From: Candidatus Cloacimonadales bacterium
Lineage (GTDB): Bacteria > Cloacimonadota > Cloacimonadia > Cloacimonadales > JAFGVF01
Direction of reading: 5' to 3'
Length of the DNA stretch: 64,000 nucleotides
Assembly: GCA_963678315.1 (NCBI GenBank)
Contig: OY782781.1
Coordinates: 1,120,001-1,184,000, forward strand
Shown here: piece by piece, positions 62,928-64,000 of the stretch
How positions within the stretch are numbered: the stretch's first letter is position 1
How the letters are laid out: each line of letters opens with the position of its first letter
Translations under genes and position numbers: made by a program
The notes under the pieces: generated by a model
Seen by the model: the letters and a program-made list of their open reading frames with translations, nothing else
The model's database searches: none
What the model was told of the DNA's origin: nothing

Positions 62928-64000
62928 CTATTTCAGCAATAAACACTTTTTAGTTAATGTTTTAGAGTCAGTTTTTAGCCTATAGAAATAGACACCAGAA
63001 GCAACCTTCTGGTTATTATTATTTCTTCCGTGCCAAGTTATGTTATGATTACCAGCTTCAGTATGTTCGTTTAGAAGAGTTTTAACAAGTTGTCCTCTTA
63101 CATTATATACTTTTAGTTTAACATCACAATCTTTATTGTTATAAAAACTTATCGTTGTACTTGGATTGAATGGGTTAGGGTAGTTGTTGTATAGCATAGT
63201 AGGTTTTTCTGCATGAGAATAATCTTCAAAAAGTATTGGTTCATTGTTGTATATTGATTCTAGTAGTTTATTGCTAATAGCTATATGAGATTGCAGACTC
63301 TCAGGATTAAGTCTAGGATATTTACTCCTGGCCCTACTAGATGATTCCAGAATAGTGAAGCCAATATCAATAACAGCGTAACAAGAATCAATATAAGTAA
63401 GAGGGTCATCTACTACACTTTCGTAATAATCTATAGCTTCTTGGGCATAACCTAAGTCTCTATTTGTCATTGCTAAATTTCTTTGTAATGAGAGCTCTAA
63501 AGCAATGTCAGATGTATAATCTATTTCATTTATAAGCCAGCTCTTATAGATGTTTAATTGGTTTGTTGCTTTATAACATTTATAAAGACCTGTTATGGCA
63601 AGATATTTATAGCATGTACCAAGGGTATCACCATAGACATTAAAGTAACTGGTGATTGCTTGAAGATAATTACCGTTTCTACGATGTTCTTCAGCAACAT
63701 CAAACTCATTTTCTGAGTAATTTGAGTTCCTTGTTATCTCATTTAGTAACCAGTTAGTAAAATCAATAGTTTGCGAATCATTGAACTTGGAAATGAATAC
63801 AGATGGAGAACTGTTTCCCCACCAGTTTTCAGTGGCAGAAATTATACCGTTAGGTTTAAATGTTTTAATATTATAGGTCTCATTGGCAAAGTTACAATTT
63901 CCTTGTGCAAAGGTTACAGCAGACTCATATAAATCAACTCCGATATTATATTCAATAAAATCGTTATCAGATGTAGATGCCAAAAGTTCTGAATCATCGT
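62928..64000 (-). CDS. Secreted protein (TPR-like region plus T9SS-type C-terminal domain), 5' end beyond the window
   Basis: Frame stays open to the window edge; ENWWG, helical repeats, NYPNPFNPSTTI...ASGVYFYRL...KCLLLK. Confidence 0.85.
   Translation of the reverse strand, partial: DDSELLASTSDNDFIEYNIGVDLYESAVTFAQGNCNFANETYNIKTFKPNGIISATENWWGNSSPSVFISKFNDSQTIDFTNWLLNEITRNSNYSENEFDVAEEHRRNGNYLQAITSYFNVYGDTLGTCYKYLAITGLYKCYKATNQLNIYKSWLINEIDYTSDIALELSLQRNLAMTNRDLGYAQEAIDYYESVVDDPLTYIDSCYAVIDIGFTILESSSRARSKYPRLNPESLQSHIAISNKLLESIYNNEPILFEDYSHAEKPTMLYNNYPNPFNPSTTISFYNNKDCDVKLKVYNVRGQLVKTLLNEHTEAGNHNITWHGRNNNNQKVASGVYFYRLKTDSKTLTKKCLLLK

Overview
AT-rich bacterial chromosomal window, probably Cloacimonadota (inferred from 16S signature stretches, C25 gingipain-like proteases, NYPNPFNP-type C-terminal sorting domains and a PorV-like barrel; not database-checked). 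In order it contains: two REP-associated tyrosine transposases (RAYT/TnpA-REP), each in its own repeat cluster; a C25 peptidase; two giant (~1900 aa) paralogous modular surface proteins; a complete rRNA operon (16S, tRNA-Ile, tRNA-Ala, 23S, 5S); a minus-strand housekeeping run (comEC, dxr, porV-like, uvrD/pcrA, lipoproteins, RNase Z-like, wecA-like, gpsA); a poly-gamma-glutamate pgsB-pgsC-pgsW cluster with a putative outer-membrane barrel; two more C25 gingipain paralogs; signalling and metabolic genes; and an anaerobic oxidative-stress cluster (dfx, rbr, rubredoxin, ferritin-like protein, FAD oxidoreductase). Most notable observations: (1) a 316-nt insertion at 23S helix 45 made of a 27-bp stem enclosing only a stand-alone GIY-YIG nuclease gene; (2) four ~100-nt hairpins with a CACCAC apical motif in the 5' leaders of the two giant surface-protein genes, a candidate new cis-regulatory RNA; (3) a ~20-nt covarying mini-hairpin inserted into the loops of several different REP families; (4) a second, Fn3-like C-terminal tail that alternates with the T9SS-type tail on paralogous secreted proteins.
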